DNA of 64,000 bases from Carcharhinus longimanus (GCA_030264375.1 JASCQW010000027.1:65624340-65688339); one strand, 5' to 3'. Shown: positions 37,389-51,320, numbered from the stretch's first letter. Made by a program: numbers and translations. Notes: generated by a model from the letters alone, not told the origin.

Positions 37389-39547
37389 CCTGCTGTGTAT
37401 CGTCGACAGCTCGGTGACTATCGCTGATTGCTGTGCAGACACATGGATTTGGGCCGGCGTGCTCCGGTTTCCTCCCACACCCCAAAGATGTGCTGTTAGG
37501 CTGATTGGCAGGAATAAATTGTCCCTAAATCTGTTTCCCTCAATCTGGATGGCCATAAAACATTAGACAAGGGTCGTGGGTGGAGAGGGGGACTGGTGGT
37601 GTTGAGATGNNNNNNNNNNNNNNNNNNNNNNNNNNNNNNNNNNNNNNNNNNNNNNNNNNNNNNNNNNNNNNNNNNNNNNNNNNNNNNNNNNNNNNNNNNN
37701 NNNNNNNNNACTCCAGAATGATAGGGAGTGGGATAGCTTGATCTTGGGTTTGGACATAGCTCGGCACAACATTGAGGGCCGAAGGGGCTATACGGTGCTG
37801 TATTGTTCTATGTTCTCGATAAAGAGGGGATATTTTGGAAGGACTAAATAGCTTTTTCTTGGTCCACACACTTGTACTTTTGGAAGATTAACAAAATACA
37901 TTGTCAGCTGATCATGATCAGCTACAAGGACAATGTTACAGTGGCTTGCCTACTTCTAATAGTGCTATTTGTTAATAATTTTATTAATTTTAATGTTGAT
38001 CATGGATACAATAAACTAAATAAAAGCTGTTTACAAGGATTGTGTTTGCTTCCTTTCTCTTCCTTAAAAAAAGACCTGTTTTACTGATTTTTAGAGGACA
38101 AGTCTACTGGTATATTGTCAAAGCCATGAGTCGAGGCAGCATAACTTATTCTGGGCAGGCTGAATAAAATGGTGATATGAGGTTCTGCTCAAACAGGAAG
38201 TTGACCAAATTATAAGTCTAATACGTATAGATCTTTGCCCTATTAAATATCTGGGAAACATTTTGACACAACAAAAACTATGAGAAATACTTGAAATGCT
38301 TACAATAATATTTTCTGTTCCCTTTTCAATTAATAGATATTTAATCTTTTTCCATTCAGCTGAAAATTTTTCGCTGAAAAGTGTCAGTTCCATGCAGGTA
38401 TCTGTCTTATAGTGTTGCCAACCACAAGGCTATTTTGGTGTCACTTGTTAGCTTCTTATCGTAACTAAAATAGGGTGTGTGCAGTCAGCGGGACCATTTG
38501 GGGGATGCAATGGTGAAGAAAGTTTGTTTAATTTTGAATGTGCAACGTAATGAAATCCTGTTGCTGCATCTCATTTTATCAATGGGGAAATGTTTCTTAA
38601 TATCTTACCACAGAACCAAAGAAAAGCTGCAGTGAATTCCATATGCCCACCATTGGGTGAAAAAGATTTTGCTGATGTCCCCTCTAATCCTTTTATCAAT
38701 CACCTTACATATGTGCCCCCAGTAATTGACCCTTCAGCTAGTGGAAGCAATTTTTTCCTGTGCACCTTGTCTGGGCCCCTCATAATTTTATACTCTACAA
38801 TTAGTTTAGCCTCCTCTGTTCTAAGGAAATCACCTTAACCCATCCAAGGGTCATGGGTGGAGAGGGGGACTGGTGGTGTTGAGATGGCGGCGCGGGCTCG
38901 TTGGGCCAAAGGGCCTGTTTCCCGGGCTGTTTTTTTATTGTTCTTCTTCTTCTTATAACAATGCAAAGGAGTTCAGACCAGAGAATTGGTGACTATTTTG
39001 TACTTAACCCAATGAACAGAATTTGTATCAGGTCTGAACTATTTAGAAGTAACTTAGGCCAGAAGAAAACAATCCATTGCATTAAATACAAATAACAACA
39101 CAGCAGCCTTTTACCTTATAAGACAATGGTTTGCTCAAGGTAGTCAGTTCTGTGTTAGGCATCATCTGGGGTGGTTTAGGAGCGCACTCTGGCCATGGCA
39201 GTCTCTGTCGTATTTGCTGCAGAGGCAGATGGTGGGCTGAGAAGGTGCACAATTTGCTGGTCTCTGTTTGCTGTGGGCCTCTTCTCAGCCAGCTGAACTG
39301 TTTTGTTTCTGTTCACCTCTTCCAAACAGTCAGCCTTCAAACATCACAGCCAATGGCAACTGTATCCCAGTTTTCTCTGCTGATATAACTGCAAATATAT
39401 GCACAAATTATAGAATTTTTTTCTGAAAATATTACCAACATTGCATAATAAGCTGACATTGAAAACATATTGCACATAAAACAAAATAAAACAGCACAAT
39501 CTCTGATGCACTATGACCAATACTGTGGGATATTTTCTATTAATATG

Positions 39548-41165
39548 AAATGGAGATGCTGGCGTTGGACTGGTCTCACAACACCAGGTTAAAGTCCAAC
39601 AGGTTTATTTGGAATCACAAGCTTTTGGGGCACTGCTCCTTCAGGTGAATGGAGAGTTGGGTTCAAAAATAGGGCATGTATAGACATCGACTCAATTGCA
39701 AGCTAATGGTTGGAATGCAGTTCTTTACAGGTAATCATGTCTTTACAGGTACAGACAATGCAAGTGGAGAGAGGTTTAATCACAGATTAAAGAGGTGTGA
39801 ATTGTCTCAAGCCAGGACAGTTAGTAGGATTTTGCAAGCCCAGGCCAAATGATGGGGGTGACAGGTAGTGTGACATGAACCCAAGATCCAAGTTGAGGCC
39901 ATCTTCATGCGTGCAGAACTTGGCTATCAATTTCTGCTCAGCGATTCTGCGTTGTCATGTGTCTTGAAGGCTGCCTTGGAGAACACTTACCCAAAGATTG
40001 AAGGCTAAATGCCCTTGACTGCTGACGTGTTCCCCAACAGGAAGGGAACACCTCTGCCTGATGATTGTCAGGTGGTGTCCATTCATCCATTGCCATAGCA
40101 TCTGCATGGTCTCGCTGATGTATCATGCCTCGGGACATACTTTCCTGCAGCGTCTGAGGTAGACAATGTTGGCCAAATCACTTGAGTGTAAACTGTGTAC
40201 CTGGTGGATGGTTTTCTTACGTGTGATGATGGCATCCGTGTTGATGATCTGGCACGTCTTACAGAGATTGCTGTGGCAGGGTTGTGTGTGTCATGGTCAC
40301 TGTTTTCGTGAAAGCTGGGTAGTTTGCTGCAAACAGTGGTTTGTTTGAGGTTGCGTAGTTGTTTGAAGGCAAATAATGAGGGTGTGGGATGACTTTGATG
40401 AGATGTCTTCGTCAATGACATGTTGAATACTGCGCAGAAGATGTCGTAGCTTCTCTGCTCCGGGGAAGTACTGGACAATGAACGGTACTCTGTTGGTCAT
40501 GTCCCATGTTTGTCTTCTGAGGAGATTGGTGCGGTTTTTTGCTGTGGCGCGTCGGAACTGTCAATCGATGAGTCGAGTGCCATATCCTGTTCTTACAAGG
40601 ACCTCTTTCAGTGTCTGTAGCTGTCTGTGACGATCCTCCTCATCTGAGCAGATCCTGTGTATACGAAAGACTTGTCTGTAGGGGATGGCTTCTTTAATGT
40701 GTTTAGGCTGGAAACTGGAGAAGTGGAGCATCATGAGGTTATTCATGGGCTTATGTTACAGTGAAGTGCTGAGGCGACCACCCTTGATGGAGATGCAAGT
40801 GTCCAAGAATGCAATTGGTTCTGGAGAGTCTGATGGTGGGATGGAATTTGTTGATGTCATCATTGTAGTTGTTTTAGTGATCTTTTGCCATGAATTCAAA
40901 GGAAGAAAATGTCATCAATGTATCTAGTATTGAAGGTCCTGTGTGGTGAAGAGGTCTTGTTCAAACTTGTGCATGAAGATGTTGGCGTATTGAGGTGTAA
41001 ATTTGGTCCCTATGGCTGTTCTGAGTGTCTAGATGAAGAAGTGATTGTTGAAGGTGAAGATGTTATGGTCCAAGATAAAGCAGATGAGTTGTAGAATTGC
41101 ATCTGGAGATTGGCTTCATCCTGGAGCACAAGGTCTTCACCTTCAGTAACCTGTTCTTCATTTGA
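39548..41165 (-). mobile_element. Penelope-like element (RT C-terminus, GIY-YIG, terminal repeat), 5'-truncated with inverted end
   Basis: NNLMMLHFSSFQPKHIKEAIPY..RIHRICSDEED, RVPFIVQYFPGAEKLRHLLRS; stops and frameshifts; terminal repeat 39548-39650. Confidence 0.9.
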
Positions 41166-41559
41166 ATAGGCTCCTGGCACATGGAACACATGCCCAGAGA
41201 ACTTATATTTGGCAGGAGAGAGAAAATCCAGCTAGGCACCAACTCCAATAGATGATGGCCATTTTCCAATAAGGAAACATTGTGCAGGCAGCAGAATAAT
41301 TGACTAATAATGCTCCAAAGGCACATCAGAGACACTAGGACCTGCTGATGCTGAAGAATTTGATAGTCTAATTCAAGGGTACAAGAAAATGAGGTGGCTT
41401 ATTTGGAGCTGATAGCCCGACACCAATAGAAGAAGAAGAATAATCAGCATTAAAAAGATGGATTGGGAGAGCCATTCAGCTCCAAATTAAGAACAAGGTT
41501 TCTGTGATTGAAAAAGGTAAAGATACCACTCAGTTTTGAATATATCTTAGAGGAGGTCC

Positions 41560-44440
41560 ATTATAGAAACTAGAAACAGGAGTAGTCAATTTGGACCTCT
41601 GAGCTTGCTCTGCCATTCATTTTGTTCATGGCTGATCATCAGATTCAATATCCCGATCCCCCTTCCTCCCATATCTCTTGATTCCTTTAGCCCCAAGAGC
41701 TATATCTAATTTCTTCTTGAAATTAGACGTTTCGCCTTAACTACATTCTGTGGTGGTGAATTCCCCATATTCGCCACCCTCTGGGCAAAGAAATTTCTCT
41801 TCAGCTCAGTTCTAAAAAGGTTTACCCCTTATCCTAAACTATGACCCCTAGTTCTGGATTCCTCCACCACTGGAAACATTCTTTCTGAATCAACCTTGCC
41901 TAATCCTGTTAGAAGTTCATAAGTTTCTACGACTTTTTCTCTCATTCTTCGAAGCTCTAGTGAATATAATCCTCACCAACTTAGTCTCTCCTCATACGAC
42001 AGACCTTTGCTGAATTCCCCCTATAGCAAGGATATCCTTTCTCAGATAAGGACACCAAAACTGCACACAATAGTCCAGGTGTGGCCTCGTCAATGCCCTA
42101 TACAATTGTAGCAAAACACTCCTATCCCTACACTCAAATCCTCTCTTTAAGAAGGCCACATACCATTATTCTTTTTTACTGCCTGCTGCACCTGCGCCCT
42201 TACTTTCAGTGACTGATGCACAAGGTTTCCAAGGTCTCATTGAGTATCCACCTTTCTCATCTTACACCCATTTGAGTAATAATCTGTCTTCCTATTATCG
42301 CTACCAAAGTGGACAGCCTCACATTTATCTACATTATACTGCATCTTCCATGCTGATGCCCCAGACTCAGCCTATCCAAATTACACTGACATATCTCTGC
42401 ATCCTCCTCATAGCTCACCTTTCCACCCAACTTTGTATCATCTGCGAATTTGGAGATAATATATTCAGTTCCCTCTTCCAAAGCATTAATATATAATGTG
42501 AACAGTTGGGGTCTGAGCACAGATTCCTGAAGAACCCTTCTAATCAGAAAAACACCCATTTATGCCAACTCTTTGTATCCTATCTGCTAACCAGCTTTCT
42601 AGCCATCTCAAGACATTACCTGCAATCCCATGTGCTTTAACTTTACAAAGTAGTCTATGTGAGACCTTGCCAAAAGCCTTTTGAAAAAGTCTAAATAAAC
42701 CAGATTCACTGGTTCTCCTCAGTCAACTTTACATCCTCAAAAAATTTCAATAGATTCGTCAAGCATGATTTCCCTTTTGTAAATCCCCCATGCTGACTTT
42801 GCGTGATTATACCACTGCCTTCCAAATGCAGAGTTATGACATCCTTGATAATAGACTCTAGAAACTTCCCCATTACCAACCTTAGGTTCACTGATCTATA
42901 ATTCCCTGTTTTCTCTCTACCTTCCTTTTTGAATAGTGGGCTTACATTAGCTACCCTCCAATCTGCAGGAATTATTCCAGAGTCCAAAGAATTTTGGAAA
43001 ATAACCAACAATGGGTCTACTATTTCCAGGGCCACTTCCTTAAGTACTCTGGGATGAAGATTATCAGGGTCTGGAGAGTTATCCACCTTCAATCCCATCA
43101 ATTTCCCTGAAACCATTTTTCTACTAATGCTGATTTCCTTCAGCTCCTCACCAAAACATGTTTCTCTCAGCACATCTGGTACATTATTTGTGTCTTCCTT
43201 TGTGAAAACTGAAGCAAAGTACATATTTAATTCCTCGGCCATTTCTTTATTCCCTGTTATGAATTCTCCCATTTGTTTTTGTCCATCTTTTTCTCTTTAC
43301 ATATCTATAGAAACTTTTACAGTCAGCTTTTATGTTCTACACCAACTCACTTTCGTACTCTAGTTTTCCTTTCTGAACCGATCACTTAGTCTCTCCTGTG
43401 CTGAATTTTAAACTGCTCCCAATCCTCATGCTTATTGTTTTTTCTTGCCAATTTATATGCTTCTTCTTTGAATCCGATGTTGCCTCTAATTTCTCCTGTA
43501 AGCCACAGTTATAAGGGCCACAGTTCCCTTATAACTCTTGATCCAAACAGGAATAAACAACTTCTGGAGTCCATCTATTCATTCTTTAAATGCTTACCAT
43601 TGCCTGTCCACTGTCTTTCCTTTCAGTAATGTTTCCCAATCCATCATGGCCAATTCATGTTTCATATCAACATAGTTACCTTTATGGGTCTCAGAAGCAA
43701 CTGCATCACTATCCACCTCGACAAAGAATTCTACCATATTATGGTCACTCGTCCTCAAGGGTTCTCTCACAACCAGATTGCCAACTAATCTTTTCTCATT
43801 GCACAACACCCAGTCCAAGATGGCCTGCTCTATTGTTGGTTCCTCAATGTATTGCTCCAGAAAATCATCCCGTATGCACTCCAGAAATTCCTCCTCTATT
43901 GTACTGTGACTAACGTGACTCTCCCAATCTATATGCAGATTAAAGTCACCCATAATCACAGATGTTCCTTTAACATGTGCATCTCTGATTTCCTGTCTAA
44001 TACGTATCCCAGCATTACCACTACAGTTTGGCATACCATGCCCGCCAATGTCTTTTGTGTCTTGTTGTTTCTTAACTCGACCCATACAGATTCCACATCA
44101 TCGATGCTAATATTTTTCCTCAATATTGTTTCAATATCATCTTTAATCAACAATGAATTCCACCTCCTTTTCCTTCCTGTCTGTCCTTCTGCTCCTGTCC
44201 TTGTTCACCTTGGAGTCAAGTCTCCGTAATGTCATCTATGTCATACCCCTTTACATCTATCTGTGCAACTAATTCATCCATTTTGTTTTGAATGGTCCCA
44301 GTATTCAGGTACATGACCTTAAGGTGGGCACTTTCAACATTTCTTTCCCCTTTCCTACTATTTTTTACTCGATCCTTATCTAACTCTGGACTTTGATTTC
44401 TCTGCCTATCACTGTCCTTAATCTCCTTACTGTCTCCATA
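41560..44440 (-). mobile_element. CR1 LINE ORF2 (APE endonuclease + RT) and 3' UTR, frameshifted
   Basis: IMGDFNLHIDW, ILDWVLCN..SDHNMVEF, EMAEELNMYFASVFT, DWRVANVSPLFKK, LYINALEEG..SKFADDTK. Confidence 0.95.
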
Positions 44441-44919
44441 CTGTCTTGGCCCATGTCCAAACTGGGAACTGACGCAACAGAGTCTACCATTGAAAGCATT
44501 ATATGCCCCTGCTGTGTGAATTAGCTGCTGCTATGTTCCACACCATAACACTGAATACACTTCAAAAGTACAGAAAGCACTTGAGGATATCTGAGGATAC
44601 AAGTCATTTCTTTCTTGTATTGTGCATAATTATTTCCTTGTTCGCAAGCACTGGAGAAGTTTTTCCTGTTCCTGTGTGAATTGGATCACTTGGGCACAGC
44701 ACAAAGAGGAAGGTTGAGTGGAATGAATTGCATGAATAAAAGGAACCAACACTGACATTAGAGCAGGAAAATCCGCATTAGATTCTGTTGCAATAAATTG
44801 CAAAAGAACTGGGCAATAAACTTCTCCTGTTTTTGTAAATTGCCACTAAAAACTATTGACAGCTTATAACTGTTAGGGGAATTGTTAGTGGCATCAGCAA
44901 TTATAATTTCAGAGGCTGG

Positions 44920-45420
44920 CCCTGGGGACTTGCTCAATAATTACCATCAACATATGTAATGTTGTTACTGTGATCTAATATGATATGAACATTAATTCAG
45001 TGCCCATCTTTCCTGTTCAATAGGCTATTGACGTGAGGAGCTCTGAGGACATGAATGCAACATTTGATACCTTGCATTTGAGAGATCCTGATGCACTGTC
45101 CAGCAGATGCTACCTTTCCATTGAGAAAATGTGGAAGAAAAATCATAGCATTTATTTGCTTGACATGGGCGTGCACTGCAGACTATCTGATGTGGCAGGG
45201 ATTTCCTGTTGTGGTTTGGAAGGAGTCAGCGAGTATAAAAGTTTCATGTTGAGTTAATCTTCACTTCTACAAAGATTCTCTTGTTCAGATGTTATAGGCA
45301 CGTCATTATGCAGCAGGAAGCACAACAGCATCTTCTGTTGTGAAGTAGAGGTAATGATGTCAGATCTATTGAACTGCAACTAATAGGCCTCACAAAACAT
45401 GTGAGCAAAAGTGAGCAGCA
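44920..45420 (-). mobile_element. Harbinger/HARBI1-like transposase remnant
   Basis: Minus strand SFQTTTGNPCHI*SAVH .. QMQGIKCCIHVLRAPH .. LNRKDGH*INVH, matching HARBI1 motif order GSFQ / QGAIDCTH / NRKG.HS.NVQ. Confidence 0.6.
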
Positions 45421-46521
45421 TTTACCTTTGCCTTCCTCCTGATACTGACAAACTTGTTTCCTACTCAGAGCCAGGTATGCGGGGAATGGGTTACTGCATT
45501 GAGTCAGCCTGCATCCGCCTTCAGTGCAATTTGCACCTTATGAGCTATGGAGGAAGGGATATCTTCTGGCTGCTATGCCCAGCAGAACGCCACCACATAG
45601 TGTGAACTGCCCCTTTGACCTATCAGCCCATGCCCCCCACATCACCACCCTTGAGCCTACCAACCGGTCCACTGCAAGATGACAGACTCACTTCACGTTC
45701 CAGGGTCCCATCATTGAAGCCTTCCCTGGAGGCTGTGCAGTCCCAGCAGTGATCATCATTCTGGTGGCACTGCTGGGACAAGAGATTGAACACCTATTTG
45801 GCTGGCCACCAGCTCATTGAGGTGGGACTTCCTCTTGGAAGGAGACACAAGACCCATCTAAAGGCAAAAATAGACTCGAAGGCAGTTAAATGACTGTGGG
45901 ATGAGCCAGCCCAGCAAGCTTGTCTCAGGCTTACAATTGGGAGGGGAGCAGGAGCAGGGACCTAGTTCCCAGAATGGTCAGTGCATTACTGAACTGCCTT
46001 TGAAACCAGCTCTGCCTTCAAATCCAGTGGTATAATATCATTGAGCACACACCCTGGCCAACTCTTGATGTGGTTTTCCATGTCTGCCCTGGAGACAAAA
46101 CACCATCACGAGTAAAGATAACTCTTTTCTCCCAGCACCCATGGAGACCAGCAGGCCTCTGTCATTAGTGTGGTTCACTCATGAGATTTTTCACTTCGTG
46201 CTCCCATATCGAACGTATGCAGCAAGAAACCTCGAAACCACAATTGGTTCAAAGTTAACACCTATAATCGCAATCTGCTTGCTTTCTAGGCATTGCAAAA
46301 CATTCTGTAATACAAGCCTGCCTGCCTTTTGTTTGGGAAGAGAGATATTATTCCATCAGGGTCTGCACANNNNNNNNNNNNNNNNNNNNNNNNNNNNNNN
46401 NNNNNNNNNNNNNNNNNNNNNNNNNNNNNNNNNNNNNNNNNNNNNNNNNNNNNNNNNNNNNNNNNNNNNNNNNNNNNNNNNNNNNNNNNNNNNNNNNNNN
46501 NNNNNNNNNNNNNNNNNNNNN

Positions 46522-46628
46522 AAAAGCTAGTGGTGTTTGCCACAAATAAACCTATTGGACTTTAACCTGGTGTTGTGAGACTTCTTACTATGTTTACCTG
46601 AGTCCAATGCCGGCATCTCCACATCATG
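46522..46628 (+). mobile_element. Penelope terminal repeat after an N gap
   Basis: aaagctagtgg..aaataaacctattggactttaacctggtgttgtgagacttctt..ggcatctccacatca. Confidence 0.85.
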
Positions 46629-47284
46629 ACATCTGAAGCCACATACCACTCTTTCAAAGTTGTCTAATGTGATTCCTATTTACTTTAATAAGCTGCTCAT
46701 CAATGTTTTAATTCTTTCCCAAATATTCTGGGCTCAAGTTCTAAGTTATTTTAAATAGCTAGTAAAGTTAGTTACAGATGTTCCCAAAAAGTTCTGTCAG
46801 TTTGAACTTTTGAGAATATTTGCAGAGGAGGTTCTAAATATATCTGTGTGCAACAGGAAACATTACACAATGTCCTAAACTAAACAGAGATTCTGATAAC
46901 ATAATATGTTTTCTTTCAAATAGAAACATTTGTATGTGCATGGGCAACACAGTTGCCCCAGTTTTAACTGTGGACCAGGTTTGGATGAGTGACTAATGGT
47001 GTGAATTGGTAACTGAAATAAGGCCTGGGGTATGTTAACTCATTTACAAGCTGCTGAGGGAGAATAACAGATGGTTCTGCCAACAAAGATTCCCTGCCAA
47101 CAGCTGATAAGTGAAGAAAGGGCCATTCTGTGGGAGTTCTGCAAATAAGCAGGATGTCCAAGATGGGGTGAGGGGGTATGGTGGGGTACGTTTGCAGCAG
47201 AGAGATTTCAATTTTCCTGTTGGGCCTGGCAAAGCTAGCTTGCTCCTCCTGAGCTAACAAGAACAGTTTTTTTAAAGTTACCTC

Positions 47285-47780
47285 TTTATCCTCTTTGGTA
47301 TTGAGCATTTTGAGTGTTGTTAGATCTGCACTCATCCAAGCAAGTGGGGAGTAATCCGTCACATGCCTGACTTGTGACTTGAAGATGGTGGACAGGTTTT
47401 GGGGAGTCTAGAGTTGAATTACTCACTGTAGAATTCCCTGCCTCTGACCTGCTCTTGTAGTCACAATATTTGTATGACAGGTCCAGATCAGCTTCTGGCC
47501 AGTGGTATGATGTTGATTGTGGAGCTTCAGTGACGTTAGTGACACTGAATGTCAAGGTCAGATGGTTTGATTCTTGCATCTTGAAGATAGTCATTGAATG
47601 AGTGCAGCTTGGACAACACTTAAAAAGCTCAGTATCAAAGAAGATAAAACAGCCTGCTTGATTGGCATCTCACTTAGCACCCTAAAAATACTCTCCCTTG
47701 AAAGTCCATGCACAATGTCAGCCGTGTGTATCATCTACACAATGCACAGCAGCAACTCACATTGGACCTCTACTGGACCC
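47285..47780. mobile_element. CR1-group LINE (second family) with an inverted 5' piece
   Basis: 47285-47595 minus and 47597-47780 plus overlap in MSAA.TTLKKL..KEDK; same family at 48620-48835 and 59490-61650. Confidence 0.6.
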
Positions 47781-49180
47781 AATCTTCTTCCTCCTTGAAT
47801 TGACTTGGTAAGTTAATGTGCACTTTCCATTCAAGGCCAATTGCTGAAAATTGTAATTAGATCCCAATGATGGGCATCCTTGCTGACAGCTCAACTGAAC
47901 AGGTTAAAGTTGTGGCTTGATTGCTGGTGACCTCAGAGCCATTAAGTGGCCAAGAGTGATTTTAACTGCCCACCCACCAGATTTCTGTCAGGTGAGTAAA
48001 GATTAAAATCAGACCCAACGACTGAACATGTTGATAGTCCAATCAATTGTACTACAGTTGGCAAATACATTTTATAAGTGTTTAGTATCCTTCAAAATGG
48101 AAAGAATCAGTCAGCTGGTGAAGAGTAACAGGAAGCTTAGGAGAGGCACAGAGTATAAAGGAGGTGAAAATGCTGGTGACAAGTGACTTTATACACCTGA
48201 AAGCTTTGGGCTGAGGAGGAGGATTGAATTTGTAAAGAGTTAGCTTTCAGAGAGGCAATAGGCACGGACTGGGGGACTGAGGTGAGGAAGGGTCTGATCA
48301 CACCAGAAAGGGGAGGCTGGGAAAAGAAATTTGGATGGTTAGTTGAAGGGTGGAGAGTGCTAGCCATAGGTCATAGACCAAACTGATGGGGCAAAATTAC
48401 ACTGACCATTTGAAATTAAATTTAAATTGTGACATAGTACAGAGGACAATGGTGCCTGAAGGTGGCATTTAGAGGCACAACAACACCACCTAATGGTTGA
48501 ATGTCTGCAAACTAAATAACAATGTAGGTATACCTAATTCACAATAATCCATTATACAATTTCAAAACAATAAATGAAGTATAATTTCCTTATATAACCA
48601 TGTGGTCTGAATTATGTTGATTGTGAGACTCAGTTCAAAATGTTCCTTGATGTTGATGACTGATTTTGATTTATAGGCAGCACTTCATTGCTACACATAC
48701 GCCAGGAAATGACTGCCTTCAACGTGAGAGAATCAAACCACCTAACCTTGGCATTCAATGTCATTACCACCACTGAAGCTCCCACTATCATCAACATCAT
48801 ATCACTGGCCAGAAACTGAACCAGACCAGCCATACAAATACCAAAAATCTCAGCAGGTCTGGCAGCATCTGTAAGAAGAGAAAAGTGCTGATGTTTTGAG
48901 TCCAAATGGCTGTTTGTCAAACCACATGTGAACCTGTTAGTGCTTGAAATGCTGTGGTACATTTCAAACTCGAACGTGCCTACGTGGTGCCTCAGAAGAG
49001 GTGGGAGCAGTCCTTATGAGGACAGTCACCTCACAATAAGGCATTAGGGAGCAGTATAGGCAGCCTCTTCATGCAGGTACCCACTGGGGACCTACCTGAG
49101 ACTGCAGACCCTGCAATTCTACAGGGGCCACCATTGTCACTGGGGATGAAAGCTCAGGGTGAAGGGGTTGGGGAAGCTAT

Positions 49181-49468
49181 TTAAAGTTTAAAGTTCATTT
49201 ATTAGTGTACCAAGTAGGCTTACATTAACACTGCAATTAAGTTAGTTTGAAAATCTCCCAGTCATCACACTCCAGTGCCTGTTCAGGTACACTGAGGGAG
49301 AATTTAGCATGGCCAGTTCGCCTAACCAGCACATCGTTGGATGTGGGAGGAAACCCGCACAGACACAGGAAGAACATGCAGACTCCACACAGACAGTGAC
49401 CCAAGCTGGGAATTGAATCTGGGTAGTTGGCGCTGTGAGGCAGAAGTGCTAACCACTGTGCCACTGTG
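49181..49468 (-). mobile_element. V-domain SINE, tail type B
   Basis: Head, V-domain, (aaacttt)n tail. Confidence 0.88.
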
Positions 49469-50467
49469 GAAGATGAGTATGCAGAACTGTTCACAGGAGA
49501 TTCATGCTCCCACCCCAGGATTGGTTTTCTGGATGGTTGGATGAGATGGGTTGCCAGGACATCGCAGTCATCTATTCAAACATCCATTCTGCCACCAATG
49601 AGAACATCCTGTTATGACTACATAGTTCCTTATGTATTCCATGGATGACAGTGGTCAGACTCTGAAGCGACTGCCCCAGGCTACTGAGTGAGCCTTACTT
49701 CTCTTGGAAGAATTCATGCTTCTCATGCAGTTATTCCGAGTGATGCTGCCTCTGATCTCAAACAGATTTGGAGTGCATGCGGTTGAGCCCATGAGACAAT
49801 GTTGAGCTCATCACCACTGTGCCAGCGTGCCGCCATCTGCTGATCCAAATATTGTGCTCCATACGGTGACTGCTGAGGCCCTATCTCAATGCCAGCTAGA
49901 ACATCATCTTCACCATCCTCCCTCCTCCAAGCGGGGCTGTACACAAATGTTTCTAACTTGGACAGCTCCTCCTGCACTCAGATGCGGTCGCCTGCCCCAC
50001 GTGCAACTTAGTCTAAACAGGAGCTACCTCCTTCTGCAGAGCTGGTGTCTGTGCTGGTAGAATGTGGGCTGGTCAGCTGGGGTGATGTATTCTTGGACAT
50101 CTCTTTACACCCTTCCTGATGCCTGAGGAAAGTTTCAGCTCTGGACTGTAGGCATGTGGCCGTGAGGTCTGTGTGAGACAAAATATGAGCTAACTAGTGA
50201 AATCCTTGTTCAGTGTGAGCCCACATGTAGTTACAGGTCATTATCAAAAACCATAATACCCGGAATCCTTCCATCAAACTATATCATGTGCCATATGCCA
50301 AATATTCCTGCATTGGACAACCATCACCGCCACCAGTAAAGCCATGATTATAGATGCCTTTCACACCACCTTTGCCACCTGCATTGGATGATTCACCATT
50401 TCCTGCAATGGTCTGGGAGTGCATGTGTATTATCTGCACAGCCCTCTTCTCAATTGGACCAATCATC

Positions 50468-50815
50468 CCACTCAAAGGGTGGTGAATCTCTGGAGTTCTC
50501 TGCCCGTTGAAGTGGTGGAGGCTACCTGGCTGAATATATTTAAGTCGCGGATAGATAGGTTTCTGACAGACAGGGGGATTAAGGGTTATGGGGAGAAAGC
50601 GGGAAAGTGGAACTGATCCACTTCAGATCAGCCATGATCTNNNNNNNNNNNNNNNNNNNNNNNNNNNNNNNNNNNNNNNNNNNNNNNNNNNNNNNNNNNN
50701 NNNNNNNNNNNNNNNNNNNNNNNNNNNNNNNNNNNNNNNNATCTTAGTGAATGGCGGGGCAGGCTCGAAGGGCTAGATGGCCTACTCCTGCTCCTATTTC
50801 TTATGTTCTTATGTT
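50468..50815 (+). mobile_element. Young CR1 3' end spanning an N gap
   Basis: TQRVVNLWSSLP..FKSRIDRFL; tail ttcttatgttcttatgttc. Confidence 0.9.
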
Positions 50816-50819
50816 CACA

Positions 50820-51320
50820 AGTCCATCCCCTTGTCTGGCTCATTGCCTCAGCATTTTCAGCTCTCTTGTCCTGCAAGTAACAATAATCCTGAATCCTGCA
50901 TCCATGTATGAACGTGATCTATGTGGCTAGTTGTCAAAGTGGGCATTCAGATAATCCCTCATTTTTACTTGGACATATAAGAGTGTCATTTTGGTTTGGT
51001 AAACCTTGTTGATGGTGACATATATGGCAGTTGTGTCCACCTTACATCTCAGTCACTTGAGGCCCAAACCAGTGTCAAATGTGTGCTTTGATCAAACAGT
51101 TCACCTTACCAGGATGCAGCAGGTTGTGGAACCACTTGCAGCACTAAATCCTCGTTCAGACATATTCTCCTGATGGTCTCACCAATTCAGCAATTGTCTT
51201 CCATGCTCACTTTGTGACTGCAGGAGGGTTTCTTTTATCTGCCTTCTATAGGACTACAACCTTCTGCACCAGGATCTCCAGATACTGGTCTCAGAACCTG
51301 GGTGCAGTTCATTCATGAGA
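50820..51320 (-). pseudogene. Myb/SANT-like (Harbinger ORF / NAIF1-type) gene remnant with an intron
   Basis: APRF*DQYLEILVQKV..AWKTIAELV..TRI*CCKWFHNLL, donor near 51104, acceptor ttgcag at 50871, then DKRAENAEAMSQTRG; internal stops. Confidence 0.6.
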
